Positions 36,367 through 36,699 of a stretch of DNA of 36,699 bases are shown piece after piece. Every line of letters starts with the position of its first letter. Within the stretch, counting starts at the first letter, position 1. The notes beneath the pieces are model-generated. The model was given only the letters and a program-made list of their open reading frames with translations, had not been told where the DNA came from and did not search any database. A program made the translations under genes and the position numbers. Origin of the DNA: Candidatus Pacearchaeota archaeon CG10_big_fil_rev_8_21_14_0_10_30_48. Lineage in GTDB: Archaea > Nanobdellota > Nanobdellia > Pacearchaeales > GW2011-AR1. The stretch lies in the NCBI GenBank assembly GCA_002763155.1, contig PFCU01000048.1, positions 1-36,699 on the forward strand, written 5' to 3'.

Positions 36367-36699
36367 CAAGAACCCCATCCACTTTAGTGGATGGATGAAT
36401 TGCGTCAGTTATTTATTTCTTGAATGATTATAAACAGTGAGCTAAAAAGCTCACTGAAATTTTACCCGCGATTGTAAGATTTCTTTCAAATAAATAAACT
36501 TTGCGGGAGGTAAAAATGTATAAACATAGCTGTAGCTCTGTCGGTGCGAATAGAAAACATATTCAATTGACGCCAAAATATCGATATAAAATGATGCGAA
36601 AAGACAAGTTAAAAGTTTTTTGCAAAGTTGCGATAGAAGAGGCATGCAAACGACATAAAATAGAAATTGAAATCATAAAAGTTATGGAAGAGCATGTGC
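36367..36699 (+). mobile_element. IS200/IS605-family element, left end (runs off window; boundary approximate)
   Basis: Subterminal hairpin CCATCCAC-TTTA-GTGGATGG (36375-36394), second hairpin CAGTGAGCT-AAAA-AGCTCACTG (36435-36456), then tnpA. Confidence 0.8.
36516..36699 (+). CDS. tnpA: Y1 (HUH) transposase TnpA, 3'-truncated by window
   Basis: MYKHSCSSVGANRKHIQLTPKYRYKMM...EEACKRHKIEIEIIKVMEEHV(H); H....PKYR and the HUH motif; GGAGGT upstream. Confidence 0.88.
   Translation, partial: MYKHSCSSVGANRKHIQLTPKYRYKMMRKDKLKVFCKVAIEEACKRHKIEIEIIKVMEEHV

Noticed and set aside
468..36645. Antisense or alternate-frame ORFs in the track (e.g. 468-650, 4476-4700, 4785-4979, 6556-6807, 9758-10033, 9927-10298, 13925-14209, 15468-15698, 17916-18278, 20851-21069, 22173-22406, 24263-24667, 25971-26225, 32664-33579, 35577-35918, 36451-36645)
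   Set aside because: They overlap well-supported genes and show no motifs; treated as shadow ORFs.
391..36699. DGR template repeat, reverse transcriptase or Avd
   Set aside because: No AAC-rich copy of 163-246 and no RT motif seen on either strand by eye.
1..36699. CRISPR array, rRNA, tRNA, or alternative genetic code
   Set aside because: No regular repeats or RNA gene signatures; long genes translate cleanly with all three standard stops.

Overview
AT-rich, gene-dense archaeal DNA. Diphthamide genes, archaeal-type TIM, TATA boxes about 20-30 nt before mostly leaderless starts and many overlapping genes suggest a DPANN archaeon, probably Pacearchaeota/Woesearchaeota-like (inference). From left to right: (1) the 3' end of an uncalled gene (1-390) carrying an 84-bp, almost adenine-free segment with the signature of a diversity-generating retroelement (DGR) variable repeat; no template repeat or reverse transcriptase lies in the window; (2) a PC4-like protein, orphans, a Dph2 split into two genes, and Dus; (3) a redox block (MsrB, DUF1858-IscA, MnSOD, DEAD helicase, TrxB, and an uncalled glutaredoxin that starts at ATT); (4) a 23-kb carbohydrate cluster (11.8-35.1 kb) with the complete bacterial-type oxidative and non-oxidative pentose phosphate pathway (zwf, pgl, gnd, rpiB, rpe, tkt, tal), pgi, fba, tpiA, a ROK kinase and nagB, plus an uncharacterised module of GT4, GT4-glycosidase fusion, GH130, GH100-like, PIG-L and HAD genes; (5) dph6 translationally coupled to a stand-alone glutamine amidotransferase; (6) the left end and partial tnpA of an IS200/IS605 element. 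No rRNA, tRNA or CRISPR array was seen. All functional calls come from motifs read by eye; no searches were run.
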